A stretch of 64,000 bases of DNA from a virus (lineage: Duplodnaviria > Caudoviricetes). Under the pieces are notes generated by a model. It was not told the origin of the DNA. It ran no database searches and was given only the letters and a program-made list of their open reading frames with translations. Location of the stretch: IMG/VR virus record IMGVR_UViG_3300033120_000761, positions 1-64,000 of that record. The stretch is one strand, 5' to 3'. The position numbers and the translations under genes were made by a program. Shown piece after piece: positions 32,318 through 43,811 of this stretch; the first letter of the stretch is position 1; each line of letters opens with the position of its first letter.

Positions 32318-33226
32318 ATGTTCGACAGTGAATCGGTAAAAATAAAAAGCAAATTGGGCGATTTGCAAATATTAAGAGATAATCTTTATTCGAAACTCTT
32401 AGATATGCAGAGACTATCAGATGAGATCATGACTTCGTTTGATCAATTAGATGATCAAAAACTCCCAGGATTTTTTTCTATCGACAGATGCTTTGCAATC
32501 GAAGATGGGCAGATATCAGAACAAATGCAAAAGGCCGATTCATTCTTATGGGATATGGTTCTAAAAGAATCCGGAATTTTCAATATCGTATCTAGCGATT
32601 TAAAAGATAAGCTCAAAGAGAAATACAATTTTTATTCGATAGAACATAAGAGAAAAAGAAATAACGATAGAACCTACGATATCGAAGTTCCCATATTTTC
32701 ATCAAAAGATGTCAGCAAAGTAATCGATGATATAGCAGCTAATCTACCATCTATACGATCAGCATCACTAAAAGAAGTGTTTGATAAATTAAATCAAGCA
32801 TTTTATCGAAGAGATAAACATGATCGCTCTAAAAATGAGCAACAATCAAAATTAAAGATAGAAAAGAAAATGAGATTTAATTATTTCTCTGATCTAGCGA
32901 CGAATAAATATCCGAGCCTGTATGATTGGAGTAGGGATTACAATAGTCATGGGAATCCTAGAATATTTGGCGATCTAGAGAATGCTTTTAGGATGATTGA
33001 TAACAAACAATGTTTTGGTATTGAGGATAGGGTTTGTACGCGAATGATAAACTTCTTTCTAAAGACATCATACGAGTCGGCAGAATTTCCTTTGATGTTT
33101 TCAACCGATTACTTTCAAATATTATTATTCAAGAAAGGAACAGTATTACTAACATTCAAAGATGATTCAAAAAAGTTATTAGACTTATTTAATAAATATT
33201 CAACGAATGGGAAAACATTAGCATGA
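32318..33226 (+). CDS. DUF4942-like protein
   Basis: C-terminal YFQILLFKKGTVLLTFK...LLDLFN pattern. Confidence 0.55.
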   Translation: MFDSESVKIKSKLGDLQILRDNLYSKLLDMQRLSDEIMTSFDQLDDQKLPGFFSIDRCFAIEDGQISEQMQKADSFLWDMVLKESGIFNIVSSDLKDKLKEKYNFYSIEHKRKRNNDRTYDIEVPIFSSKDVSKVIDDIAANLPSIRSASLKEVFDKLNQAFYRRDKHDRSKNEQQSKLKIEKKMRFNYFSDLATNKYPSLYDWSRDYNSHGNPRIFGDLENAFRMIDNKQCFGIEDRVCTRMINFFLKTSYESAEFPLMFSTDYFQILLFKKGTVLLTFKDDSKKLLDLFNKYSTNGKTLA

Positions 33227-34671
33227 TCTTAAAAGTTATTATAAAAAGAACTTGGGTTGAATTAATTACCTCTGTCGGTTTATTAGTATTCTGTAGCGCC
33301 ATCATGGCATGGGGTAAATAATGTTCAAATTATTATTCATGATCATAAGGACGCGCAGACTTCCAGATTATAAAATAAATGCCTATAGGTATGAATATGG
33401 TAACGCTCTTATGGAAGATAGATGGAAGATCCGATTATTTTCTAAATACGGTAGAACCTATTTCAGAACTTGGTACTCAATTGATTGCAGAATATTCAAT
33501 CAATTGAAGGGAACGCATAGAATAGCACTTGATCCGTCTTACGCTAATGAATATTATCCCGATAACCATTGGATTCAATTATTCGATTGTGCCTGCAATC
33601 CATTTCAATTGCAGAAATCTTGCTACTCGACAATAGATCGCAATATGTTCATGCAACTTATGGAAGCCCGATGCTACGACGAAGAAAGTGATCGAAATTC
33701 AACAAAAGTAAAAACCCTGGCATATCTTTGGTTGGAAGATGAAAAAGTAATTAGCCGAGTAATTTATAAATAGGAGAATGCGATGTTTGGATTTACGCAG
33801 AAATATAAAGATGAGATAACCGATCTTAAAGCGGCCATTGAATATAAAAAGGGTGCCGTCGATACCCTAAAAAAAGAAAATGATAATCTTAGATCAGATA
33901 AGAAAAATATAGAGCATAAGTTTGAACTTAAAGTTAATGAGATCGCAGATCTCAAAATTGCGGCAGCTAAATTAAAAGCAGAGAATGAAAAATTATCAAA
34001 AGATAAAGAAACATTCGAAGGTCAATATGATTCTGTGATTAAAAAACTAAAAACAGATGCGGCAGAGATGGAAGATAAATTAAGATCAGAGCTTAGAATC
34101 GCCAACATCGAAATCAAGAAATACCGAGAAGATAATAAAGAGCAGATCGATAAAGAAATTAATAAAATCAAAACAGATATTCTGACTGCTGATAAAAAAG
34201 ATAAGCATGACATCATGATGGCATTGGCCGGAAGAACCGTGATCAAAGAAGAGGGAAAAGTAGCAATCAATAATTCACCTCATTTTGATGCCCCTAGAAA
34301 TGTTGGATATGACGATCGTAATCGCCACGGAAGATACTAATGGAAAACGAAATCAATTCAGACATCACAGAGATTCTAAAAGAGCTTAAAGATCGATTAG
34401 ACCTTTCTAATACCCCTAAGAAGGGAAACCTCTATCATAAGGCCTATAAGGTGATTGAGGCAGATACCACGCTTAATGGATTACCTACAGCCGAGAGAGC
34501 GTATCATCTCTGTATCGTGAAAGGAGTTCCCGAGAATGAAGCCATTCTGAAAGAGCGTGAATTTTTAATTCGACAAACAAGAATGATTGATCATAAAGGT
34601 AATGTTCATAAGGTTTATCCGGGAGGAAAGAAGATCAAGCCCAAGCAGAGCCAATTCGGAAAGAAATATTT

Positions 34672-35025
34672 CTAATTACAATAATTCATATTATACCAGT
34701 GATCTCGCTCTTCAGGAGTTGGGTCACGGTATCCCGTTATTTTAAAATCATCCTCTCTGAATATAATATCCATCTCATTCGATAATCTTTCATTGGCAGG
34801 TTTGAATCCCTTCTGATGTAATTTCTCAATCATCTTTCTAGTCTTGCTTTTATTATTAGTTTCAGGATTAGAGATAATAAAATTTTGAAGTGTCTTAGGC
34901 GCTATTCCAAGTTTTTCAGCGGCCAGGACTCTATTATAACCACACATCATTAGAACATAATTTATATGATTAGTTTTCACGGACTCTAGAGTTTCAATGA
35001 TAATTTCTGTGTTTGGGTTATTCAT
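34672..35025 (-). CDS. Fis-type HTH protein
   Basis: INYVLMMCGYNRVLAAEKLGIAPKTL. Confidence 0.7.
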   Translation of the reverse strand: MNNPNTEIIIETLESVKTNHINYVLMMCGYNRVLAAEKLGIAPKTLQNFIISNPETNNKSKTRKMIEKLHQKGFKPANERLSNEMDIIFREDDFKITGYRDPTPEERDHWYNMNYCN

Positions 35026-35116
35026 ACTAACAGGTTAACGAATAAAAAATAAAAGATCAATCTCACTTGAATTATCTTACTAAAAAGATATATCATCTTT
35101 GAAAATTGAATAGGAA

Positions 35117-35635
35117 TTGGAAATGGCAGTAAATAGAAAACCAGATTGGGCGATACACAGTCCCGATGACGAGTTTGTAGTGGCCGCTTACATCAGCGAG
35201 AACTCAACAGCTAAGATATCTTTTGTTAAATTTATTTTATTCAAACGAGGTAAAGCGATCAGAAGATTAGGTGAAGCGCATATTATCTTGGCGACTAAAA
35301 GATATCTCAGACGAATGAATGAGGCGAATCTGGTAGGGCCAGTAAATAAAATCGTAATTAACAACATGAAAGATATTCCTGATTATAAAGAAGTTAAGAT
35401 CCTGGAGATTATTAAATTAAAGAAAGGCAGCAGAGGAAAAGGTTTAGCAAAAACTTTCTTAGATGGAATAGAACAATATAATTCTCAACCAACTTTTTTA
35501 TATTGTCATGCCTTCGATGATGATGAAGAAACGACTGAGCAAGATAATTTATTACTTCAGATGAAATATCATCGATTGGGTTTTAACTTGATCGATAAGA
35601 CTTGTGTAATGTGGAGAGATAAATCAGATGTTTAA
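35117..35635 (+). CDS. GNAT-like acetyltransferase
   Basis: RGKGLAK acetyl-CoA-binding motif; YHRLGF motif B. Confidence 0.55.
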   Translation: MEMAVNRKPDWAIHSPDDEFVVAAYISENSTAKISFVKFILFKRGKAIRRLGEAHIILATKRYLRRMNEANLVGPVNKIVINNMKDIPDYKEVKILEIIKLKKGSRGKGLAKTFLDGIEQYNSQPTFLYCHAFDDDEETTEQDNLLLQMKYHRLGFNLIDKTCVMWRDKSDV

Positions 35636-35842
35636 TTTTAAGAATGTAACAAAGCTAGGGCAGTTGATTATCACGGGCGCTATAGATGCCTGTCAGACCA
35701 ATGGATATGAGATCGAGGGATATGAAATTTATCACGATGAAATAGTCATGATCATTCATCCTCATAAAGTTCCCAAGACTAAAGAGAATGAAATGAGATA
35801 CGCAATCCAATTGGATAAGAATTTAAAAATAGTAGAGGGATT

Positions 35843-36400
35843 ATGATCACGTCTGAGGTTAAACCTAAGAAGATCAGAAAATCTCAATCGATGCTTGATA
35901 ACCCTTATCTCGTCGGCCCTAAAGTTGATCTATCTGATCGACCAAAAAAGATCGTTCTGAAAAAATCATTTCACGTATTTCAGGCCGGAAAAGAATGGCT
36001 CGGTAAAAAGTATGAACACGTTCACGAAGAGTTCAACTTTATGGATATCTTCGCATTTAATGTTGAGGGTGAATGCTGTGAGTTAGAAGTCAAGATGGCA
36101 GACTACGATTTCTATAAAGAGAGGACTAGAGATGCGAAAGTATTCAAGCACACCTCGTATAAAGCAGATGATATCTTCTGCCCTAATTATTTTTATTTTC
36201 TAGTTCCAAGATCTACCGTGAAGAAAGCTCTGAGAACGGTAGAGGCTTATTTTCCTAGATACGGAGTCATAGAATATTGCGATAGCGCTGGTTTGATAAT
36301 TCATAAAGAGTCAGAAAAACTAACAGATCGAATCTACAGGGGTGAACTCCTGGAATATAAATACCGAGATCGTAAGCATACTTTTTATTCAAAGATTTAA
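35843..36400 (+). CDS. MmcB-like PD-(D/E)XK nuclease-fold protein
   Basis: MDIFAF...ELEVK...DF and NYFYFLVP...YGVI; paralogous to 49617-50312. Confidence 0.55.
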   Translation: MITSEVKPKKIRKSQSMLDNPYLVGPKVDLSDRPKKIVLKKSFHVFQAGKEWLGKKYEHVHEEFNFMDIFAFNVEGECCELEVKMADYDFYKERTRDAKVFKHTSYKADDIFCPNYFYFLVPRSTVKKALRTVEAYFPRYGVIEYCDSAGLIIHKESEKLTDRIYRGELLEYKYRDRKHTFYSKI

Positions 36401-36485
36401 TTTTTCCTTTTCAATCCCAAATATTTTAATATACCATTTCTGTATCAAATTATTTTTTAGCTAAATATGTAGCGGGATTAGAATT

Positions 36486-36848
36486 ATGTCTAAGAAAATG
36501 TCAAAGGCTCAGGCCATAACTCTTATCGATAAAAACCCTATCAGAGATATTGAATGTGAAAAGTTCGAGTCAGGATATGTTGTAACTTTTGTTATTGGTA
36601 AGGCTAAAGATTTTCCAAATAGAACAAAAAAATACATCTCTTCGATGGGGCCGTTTATCCGAATGATGAGAATCAAACGAGGATATTCACAAAAGGGATT
36701 CGGAAGATATTCTGGATTCTCTCCATCAACTCTAAAATATATAGAGGAAGGAAAATCTGAACCAGTATTCGGATCGGTAATGAATATCTTTGAAGCACTA
36801 GAAGTAACAATGCAAGACTTTATAAACTACGTGGAGAAACAAAAATGA
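36486..36848 (+). CDS. XRE-family HTH protein
   Basis: IRMMRIKRGYSQKGFGRYSGFSPSTLKYIEEGKSEP. Confidence 0.8.
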   Translation: MSKKMSKAQAITLIDKNPIRDIECEKFESGYVVTFVIGKAKDFPNRTKKYISSMGPFIRMMRIKRGYSQKGFGRYSGFSPSTLKYIEEGKSEPVFGSVMNIFEALEVTMQDFINYVEKQK

Positions 36849-37420
36849 AATGTGTAATCTCAGGAATGGAAACAAATAATAAATGGAAAGGCACTCCTAT
36901 CGCTAAAGAATTTATGGAAGCGGCAAAAGAGCTTCGCGCGGATAGAAAATTTCTAACGATCAGAGAATCGCTACAAGAAGTTCAAAAGCAATTTAATAGA
37001 GACTTCGTAAAGTACCAAGCTGATAAAATTAAAGCTAAAAATGCTGAAGGTAAATCTTCCGTTGAATTGACGAAGCAGGGAATTGATATGGTATGGGCGC
37101 AAGTCATTCAATCATTCCAATTACCGAACACGATTAAATTGAATAGAGAGAAAAGAGAAATGTCTCTAGACGCTCTTGCTAAGATCTCAGGTATTTCAGA
37201 AGAAACATTAACTGAAATGGAAGCGGGAGAACTGGCAATCTCTACTGAAAATGCAATCGAGATTATGAAGGCAATGAGCATCACTTACGAATCGATTAGC
37301 GATATCGTAACTAAGACAAAAGAAATCGAAGCAAAGAAAGAAGAGGATCGTATTGCAGAAGAGGCATTAATGATTAAAACTCCGGCAGAAGTCGATGAGA
37401 ACATACCACAACAAGGATAG
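36845..37420 (+). CDS. Protein with XRE-family HTH domain
   Basis: IKLNREKREMSLDALAKISGISEETLTEMEAG. Confidence 0.75.
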   Translation: MKCVISGMETNNKWKGTPIAKEFMEAAKELRADRKFLTIRESLQEVQKQFNRDFVKYQADKIKAKNAEGKSSVELTKQGIDMVWAQVIQSFQLPNTIKLNREKREMSLDALAKISGISEETLTEMEAGELAISTENAIEIMKAMSITYESISDIVTKTKEIEAKKEEDRIAEEALMIKTPAEVDENIPQQG

Positions 37421-37551
37421 GTTATGAAGGCACTAAAATTAGCAGAAGTGACACCAGATAAAGAAGTCATGGTAGAAGAGATCAGAAAAGTTACAAAGGC
37501 AGCGACATTAGAAGAAACGTATATTAAGAAACCAGAATCTAAAGGAAAGAA

Positions 37552-38001
37552 ATGAAACCGATCAAAACAATTATCGTAGATCTAGATGGGACTCTTGCCC
37601 TTTGTGATCATCGCCGTCACTTCGTTGAGAATGTAAAACCGGATTGGGATTCATTCTTAGAGGCTTGTGATAAAGATGAGCCTAATAAGCCGTTAATCGA
37701 GCTTCTACATCGTTTAGATGAGAGCGACGATATCATCATCAGGATTTTCTCAGGGCGCTCAGAATCGGTAAAGGGTAAGACTATCGATTGGCTTAAGAAA
37801 CACGATATTCCCTACTACTCATTGACCATGAGAAAAGAGGGAGATTACAGGCCCGATGAGATTGTTAAAGAGCAGTGGCTAGATGAATTACTTCATAAGG
37901 GTCATGAGATCCTATGCTGTTTTGATGATCGCGTTAAGGTTTGCGAGATGTGGAGAAGGCGCGGACTCTTATGTAATCAGGTAGCTATCGGTAACTTTTG
38001 A
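37552..38001 (+). CDS. HAD phosphatase resembling the 3'-phosphatase domain of T4-type polynucleotide kinase
   Basis: IVDLDGTLA, FSGR, FDDR...WRRRGL.C.QVA.GNF. Confidence 0.88.
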   Translation: MKPIKTIIVDLDGTLALCDHRRHFVENVKPDWDSFLEACDKDEPNKPLIELLHRLDESDDIIIRIFSGRSESVKGKTIDWLKKHDIPYYSLTMRKEGDYRPDEIVKEQWLDELLHKGHEILCCFDDRVKVCEMWRRRGLLCNQVAIGNF

Positions 38002-39967
38002 AAATAATAACTAAGAAGATTTATATTTTACACAAGCGCGGCTTAACTGATAGGGCTATAGGCAGGAAACTACATATTCATCATAGAACAAGGGATGATA
38101 AACCTATTCCAGAATACAAACAAGGTAATGGCCCGATGTCTTTAGATGTTCTTAGAATGCGAATCAATTCTGAATTTAGAGATAAATTTAAAGAACACCA
38201 AGACAGTATGTATGCTCTAGAAATTAAGAATAAGAAATTAGAATATGAAAACCAAACACTGAGAAATGCTATATTAATCGTTTCTCCGCAAACACCGGAT
38301 AAGGATCACCATCAATGAAAATTTCAGATGTAAAAGTAGATGATTGTTTTTATTTTATTAATAAGGTCGATAATACCAGAGAGTATTTAAGAGTATTAAT
38401 TTGGAATCCTAAAGATGGTTGCGTATGCCAATTGAATGAATCTCATTATTGCGCGGTAAATGATAATCAACTATCTGCCATTGAAACATTTGAATCTTAT
38501 ACAAGAGTGTCTATGGAAGATTATAAGGTCGCCATGGATATGTATTGGGGATCTAGAGAAGATTCTCCAATAAACAGATATGAGAATGCCCAGGAACTTA
38601 TTGATTCATTTTATGAAGACGATGATGATGGAATGAATGATAACGATCCTTTTACTGTAGAAGTAGATCGAGATACTAAGGATACAAAGGTCACTATGGA
38701 AAACGGTAAATCAGAAGTCATTCCTTTTGAAGATGGATCTGAAGGATCTTTAATGGCCATCAAGGTATCAAGAATGCAGCTCATCTTTTATAAAAACGAT
38801 GGGAGAGTTCCCTCTAAGGAATTACTAGCAGATATCGAGGCGTTAGATTACATTGTAGATGCCCCAACAGTCACAGAGAAGAACTTGAGGGCAGAGCAAT
38901 TTTTCTCCGTCATAGATCTTTTACATGAGCCTCGTAAAGTAGCTCAAAAACTCAGAAGAGATAAAGTGTGGAAGTAACATCTTTCTTTCCTGAAAAATGG
39001 GAAATCATTAATGATTTGGATTGGGAGTTGTCTCGCGCAACTTATGCCAAGGCAGTCAAAGAAGATTTATCCGCAAAGATGTTTCAGGGGATAAGACTTC
39101 TTAAGTGGTATGATTCTGAGACAGGCGAGAATAGCGTGGTTGTTCATTCTATGGCGTGCTGTGATATCGAAGGTAAATTTAGTGTAGCGATCTATCGACC
39201 AGAGCTTAAGGAAAAGTCATTTTTTGAAAAAATAAAGCAATTTTTTAGAGGATCGATAATGGAAGCAGACACAATAGTAGCGCACAATAGAAAACATAAT
39301 GTTTTCGTTACAAAAATTCGCAAAGGTCAGGTCATTGAACTTGAAACAATCGATGGTATTATTAGAATTGGGATCTCAAATAGTAACCCTAACCCTATGA
39401 GTTCTATTTTTATAAGATCAGATAAAAAATTAAAAGCAACATTATCAGAGGATACAAGCAAATGGGCAACAGAATCGAAACACCCTCAGAACTCTTAACT
39501 TTAATAGATAGAGAGATGAAAAATTTAGAGGGTGAATTAAATGATCATCCCTTCTTAAGAGAATACGTTAATCTCGATTCGATCAGCAGAGAATTAAAAA
39601 CTGAGATCGCCCATCAAGCAATGAAAGCTGGATTCTCTATGCGAGTACCGATTGGAAGATTGAGAGATTTTAAATTTTTAAAAGCAGAGTCGTTTGAATT
39701 TTTTGAGGCTAACCCAAACTCATTAGATCAGAAGAGAATGGAAGTTTTAAAATTTAAAAATTTCTATATGAGATGGGCTAAAAATTTAATCGCAGAACTT
39801 AATAAAGCTAAGTTACAAAATAGATGGTCATGGATGCAAATTAAACCCGTGGCCCAAGCATTGGCAGATCTTGAAATGAATGCTCCAAAGAAAGAAGAAT
39901 CGAAAGGGTTCTCATTTAAGCTTCTTACTCTTGCAGAGAATGAAGATATGATTGAAAGGAAATTTTC

Positions 39968-40582
39968 GTGAATCCAGATTTATCTCAAGAAGTAGATATT
40001 ATTTTGACAAGACCTAAGAATGTTTTCTTGCCCATATTCTCATGGTTGATTAGATTATTTACTTGGTCTAAATCTTCTCATAGTTTATATTTTTTTAAAG
40101 ACGATCCTATTTGGGACAATAGAGTTTTTGAAATTCATTTTAATAATCCAAGATTTATTAATGAAGGATATCTAACTAGAAGCGTTCATATCTTAGCAAG
40201 ATACAGATTAAATATTACTCCAAGATCTTATCAGATGCTAAAATGTAGGGCCGTAAATTGGGCTAAGAATGAGACGAAAGGATATTTACCTAGATTAATC
40301 GGTGTAGCAATTGCTAAGATCGGTGGTAAGATTTTTAATACAAAATTTGGAAATCCTATAAAGCTTGGTCATGCTCAGATGTGCTCTGAATATATCTTCA
40401 AAGATCTTATGATGAGCATTTATATGCACCCTATGGTTTCTACTTACTGGGCAGACAGGTTGAGAAATAGTGATACCTTTACTCCAAAAGAGTTAGAGGC
40501 ATTTCTAGATTATTGTTGTGATCTTCAGCGCAAGCATTCTCAGGGAGATCTTGGCGTGATGAGTATTAAAAAAATTATCTAA
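39968..40582 (+). CDS. Permuted papain-like (YiiX/YebB-type) amidase
   Basis: SWLIRLFTWSKSSHS (His) preceding QMCSE (Cys). Confidence 0.55.
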   Translation: MNPDLSQEVDIILTRPKNVFLPIFSWLIRLFTWSKSSHSLYFFKDDPIWDNRVFEIHFNNPRFINEGYLTRSVHILARYRLNITPRSYQMLKCRAVNWAKNETKGYLPRLIGVAIAKIGGKIFNTKFGNPIKLGHAQMCSEYIFKDLMMSIYMHPMVSTYWADRLRNSDTFTPKELEAFLDYCCDLQRKHSQGDLGVMSIKKII

Positions 40583-40593
40583 GTGAAAATAAA

Positions 40594-41370
40594 ATGATAA
40601 CAGAAATAGAAATGGAAGATCGTCAATGTGTGAGCGCGAATTGTAAAATGCAATTCAGGGTCAGTGTTGGTTCTAATCAACTTTACCACTCTTCTTATTG
40701 CGCCGATAACGATCCCAATCGTGAAAGGAATGAAAAAGAATGGCAGAGAACAATGAGGAAAATAAACACCGGCCATGTGAAGCTGAATCAACAACAGAGA
40801 ATGGAGAAGAAAGGCCCCTCACCCGTGATGAAAAGCGAAAAGCTTATAAGCGTTGGAAGTGGAAGAACGACTCAGCCTATCGAGAAGAAAAAAATCGAAA
40901 GAGAAGAGAGCTTGCCGCCAATAATCGAGAAAAAGAAAGAGCGCGTTCTAGAAACTATTACGCCAACAATAAAGAAAAAGATAATGCCAGAAGAGCAGAA
41001 AACAGAAGAAAGAATCTTGAATATAACAGACAATACAATCGAGACTATTATGCCAGAAACAAATTTAAACTCCTCGAAGGAATCAAATTCAGGCGATACG
41101 CCAATGATCCTACCCGAGGACTTCATACAGCCATCTCAGACTTTAAAAACGGTCGTATTGGATTCGATGAGCTTGATCGACGATTCTATGAAGCTAATGC
41201 ACGACTCAGCTCAATCATTAGTGAAGGATTCAACAGAGGGCGGGAAAGTAACGAGTGATGATTATAAAATCAAAACCGCTATTCAGTGTGTCGCCGAGGT
41301 AAGAAACTTAATGAAAACAAAAATCGAAATCGCTCGATTGGTTCTGGATATTCCAGGAAAAAAGAAATAA
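40594..41370 (+). CDS. Hypothetical protein, outer ORF of an overlapping pair
   Basis: 258 aa; N-terminal C-x4-C...H-x3-C and a helical C-terminus; abuts both neighbours. Confidence 0.55.
   Translation: MITEIEMEDRQCVSANCKMQFRVSVGSNQLYHSSYCADNDPNRERNEKEWQRTMRKINTGHVKLNQQQRMEKKGPSPVMKSEKLISVGSGRTTQPIEKKKIEREESLPPIIEKKKERVLETITPTIKKKIMPEEQKTEERILNITDNTIETIMPETNLNSSKESNSGDTPMILPEDFIQPSQTLKTVVLDSMSLIDDSMKLMHDSAQSLVKDSTEGGKVTSDDYKIKTAIQCVAEVRNLMKTKIEIARLVLDIPGKKK
40740..41258 (+). CDS. Basic helical-repeat protein nested in another frame
   Basis: 172 aa with repeated R..YYA.NK blocks typical of phage basic DNA-binding helices; AAGGA upstream. Confidence 0.55.
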   Translation: MAENNEENKHRPCEAESTTENGEERPLTRDEKRKAYKRWKWKNDSAYREEKNRKRRELAANNREKERARSRNYYANNKEKDNARRAENRRKNLEYNRQYNRDYYARNKFKLLEGIKFRRYANDPTRGLHTAISDFKNGRIGFDELDRRFYEANARLSSIISEGFNRGRESNE

Positions 41371-43298
41371 GGAATTTATGAAAAAGTTATCACTTCTACC
41401 ATTACTATTAGCTTCAACTATGGGGATCGGAAATGATCTCTTTGGATTACATGATCACTATCCGTATAGCAGATCTTCTCAGAAGTCTGATCCTTATAAT
41501 CCGAAGATGAAATTATCTTCTAGTGATGAAGCAAAGTTGGCAGAGCTTCACGGTAAAGCAAAGAAAGCGTTCGTAAAAGAATTACGAGAGAAATATAAAA
41601 ACTAAGGAGAGTCTTATGGACAAAGCATCTAAGTCATTCATCGTTGTAGTTATGCTCATCGTTCTGGTTATGGTCGGAGCAATCGGGATCTTTAAATTCA
41701 AGGATAAACCGGCTGCAAAGCCTTATAAACCCACTTCAAAGGAAGTCTATATGGCAGGAATGTATAACGGTTACCTTTCCGGTTGCTTCGCTGGTTTAAA
41801 TGATGCAAAATCTCACTCGCCGAGATCTAATCAGGTCTGGCAAGAATGCAAGCAAAGAGCTGAAGGACACGTTAAATTTAATTACTGCTTGATTGATATG
41901 TATCCATGTAAATAAGGAATTGGAAATGGCCTCTGAAATTGAGAAAACAGACTTCGTTAAATTATCTAGAGAGAATGCTTCACTTCATGCAAATGTTTTG
42001 ATGTATGGTTCTGGCTTCATAAAAGTAAATCCTGATGATAGAAAAAAATTCTCTCATAAGAAGATTTATGAAACCGTAGATATGGCGACGAATATGGGGC
42101 AGACTCAAGCTTTAGAGGCCATTTATAAACATCTGAAAGATATCTCTCAAGATACCGATGTGCCTAAAGAACAAAAATTCGCCATTCTATTTGGTGAAGT
42201 TGAGTTGATGCTCAAAGAAACCACCACCTATTTTTTCAAGACCTATGACCCTAAGAAATTGACGGTCCCCCATGATACGATAACTATCGATGATATGAGA
42301 ACTCGCTATCTGATCGAAGAATCAGTCTTATAAATTATCTAAAAATCTACTGGTTTTAAACGGTTAGAGGGATGCTCATTCTTTCATAGCCAGTTGATAA
42401 ATGCCCCCTGAATGGATAGATTGAGTTATCTATTTATAGGGAGGAAGCATGGAATTATTGCCGGGATTTTTAGATAATGTAGATCCAGAAGATTATTACG
42501 TTTTTATCGCCCCTCAACCGGAATATAAGATTTCTTTAGAGCTATTCAAAGCAACGGTTAAGCCTAAAACATTTAAAGAAAAACTAGCTGAAATTTTCGG
42601 ATCTGTATTCGCATGAGTGAAGTTAGAAAATCAGAAGATTTTTATCAAACTTATTTGAAGCAATTAAAGGGTAAGAAAGTAGCCCCTCGTGATCTAATTC
42701 AGATCGGGGTATCGGATAAGTTTTATCCAGCAAGTTTCGTAGCTCAATTTTTTAAGTTAAATCACGAATCAGAAAAATTCATTTATTTAGATGAAAGAAA
42801 TTTCTTAGATGTGAGATCTATTAAGCATCATCTCTATGTATCAACTCTTTCTATATCACCAATTGAAACAAGATATACAGATACCAATAAACTCCAGGCC
42901 AATTGGCCGGAAGTGAAAGATGGTAAAAAAATTGATAGATGGTTCTATGTTCCTCAAACTTTTTTAATGTGGTTTTAAATGACTAAAAAAATATCTAAAA
43001 GACAGGTCGAAGGAATCATCGATAGATTGATGTATGAAAGTATTATCGAGCGTGGTGATGATGTTGATAGGGCATATAAAATAGTTGCCTCTACGTTTAA
43101 GAGAATACCATTACCAAAACCTAAGAAGAAAAAAGATTTAACCCACAAAGATATCCATATTCAACTTCATAGAAGTCTTGATCAACTGGCCGCTGATTTT
43201 ATGAGACATACTCAGCAGCTCCCATCTAAGACTTCAGTGATGGATCTAATGAAATGGGCAAGCGAGCAGGCTAAGAATCCGACAGAGGTAACAGATTA

Positions 43299-43622
43299 AT
43301 GAAGTTTGATCTAACTCATCCATGTAAGGATTGCCCGTATAGAACCGATGTAGTTCCTTATCTAAAACAAGATAGGGCAGAAGAGATCATTCATGAGATT
43401 ACAGAAAATCAAAAGACTTTCACTTGCCATAAAACAACTGAATTAGATGATAGAAATAGACAACATTGCGCCGGAGCTCTTATTTTGCTTGAGAAGAATA
43501 ACGAGCCTAATCAGATGATGAGAATTGCTGAACGATTGAGATATTACGATAGAACGAAATTAAAAATGAGCGCACCGGTATTTGATACTTATCAGGAGTT
43601 CATAGATGCTCAACCAGAATAG
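43299..43622 (+). CDS. Cys/His-rich phage protein
   Basis: PCKDCPYR...FTCHK...HCAG probable zinc-binding motifs. Confidence 0.6.
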   Translation: MKFDLTHPCKDCPYRTDVVPYLKQDRAEEIIHEITENQKTFTCHKTTELDDRNRQHCAGALILLEKNNEPNQMMRIAERLRYYDRTKLKMSAPVFDTYQEFIDAQPE

Positions 43623-43811
43623 CCTATCTGAATTTTCAATAAAGACAGGCCATCGACCTAGAGAATGTAAAGATGAGCAATGTTCTGGAACTTGTTTTCT
43701 GTGCGTTCTTTATCTTTGTGGATTATGTAATCAAGCGGAAGGCGAATTAGAATCAAAATGCCCTAAGAATCCGAACCCCAATAACGTGCTTTATTTAAAA
43801 AGGAGAGAAAA

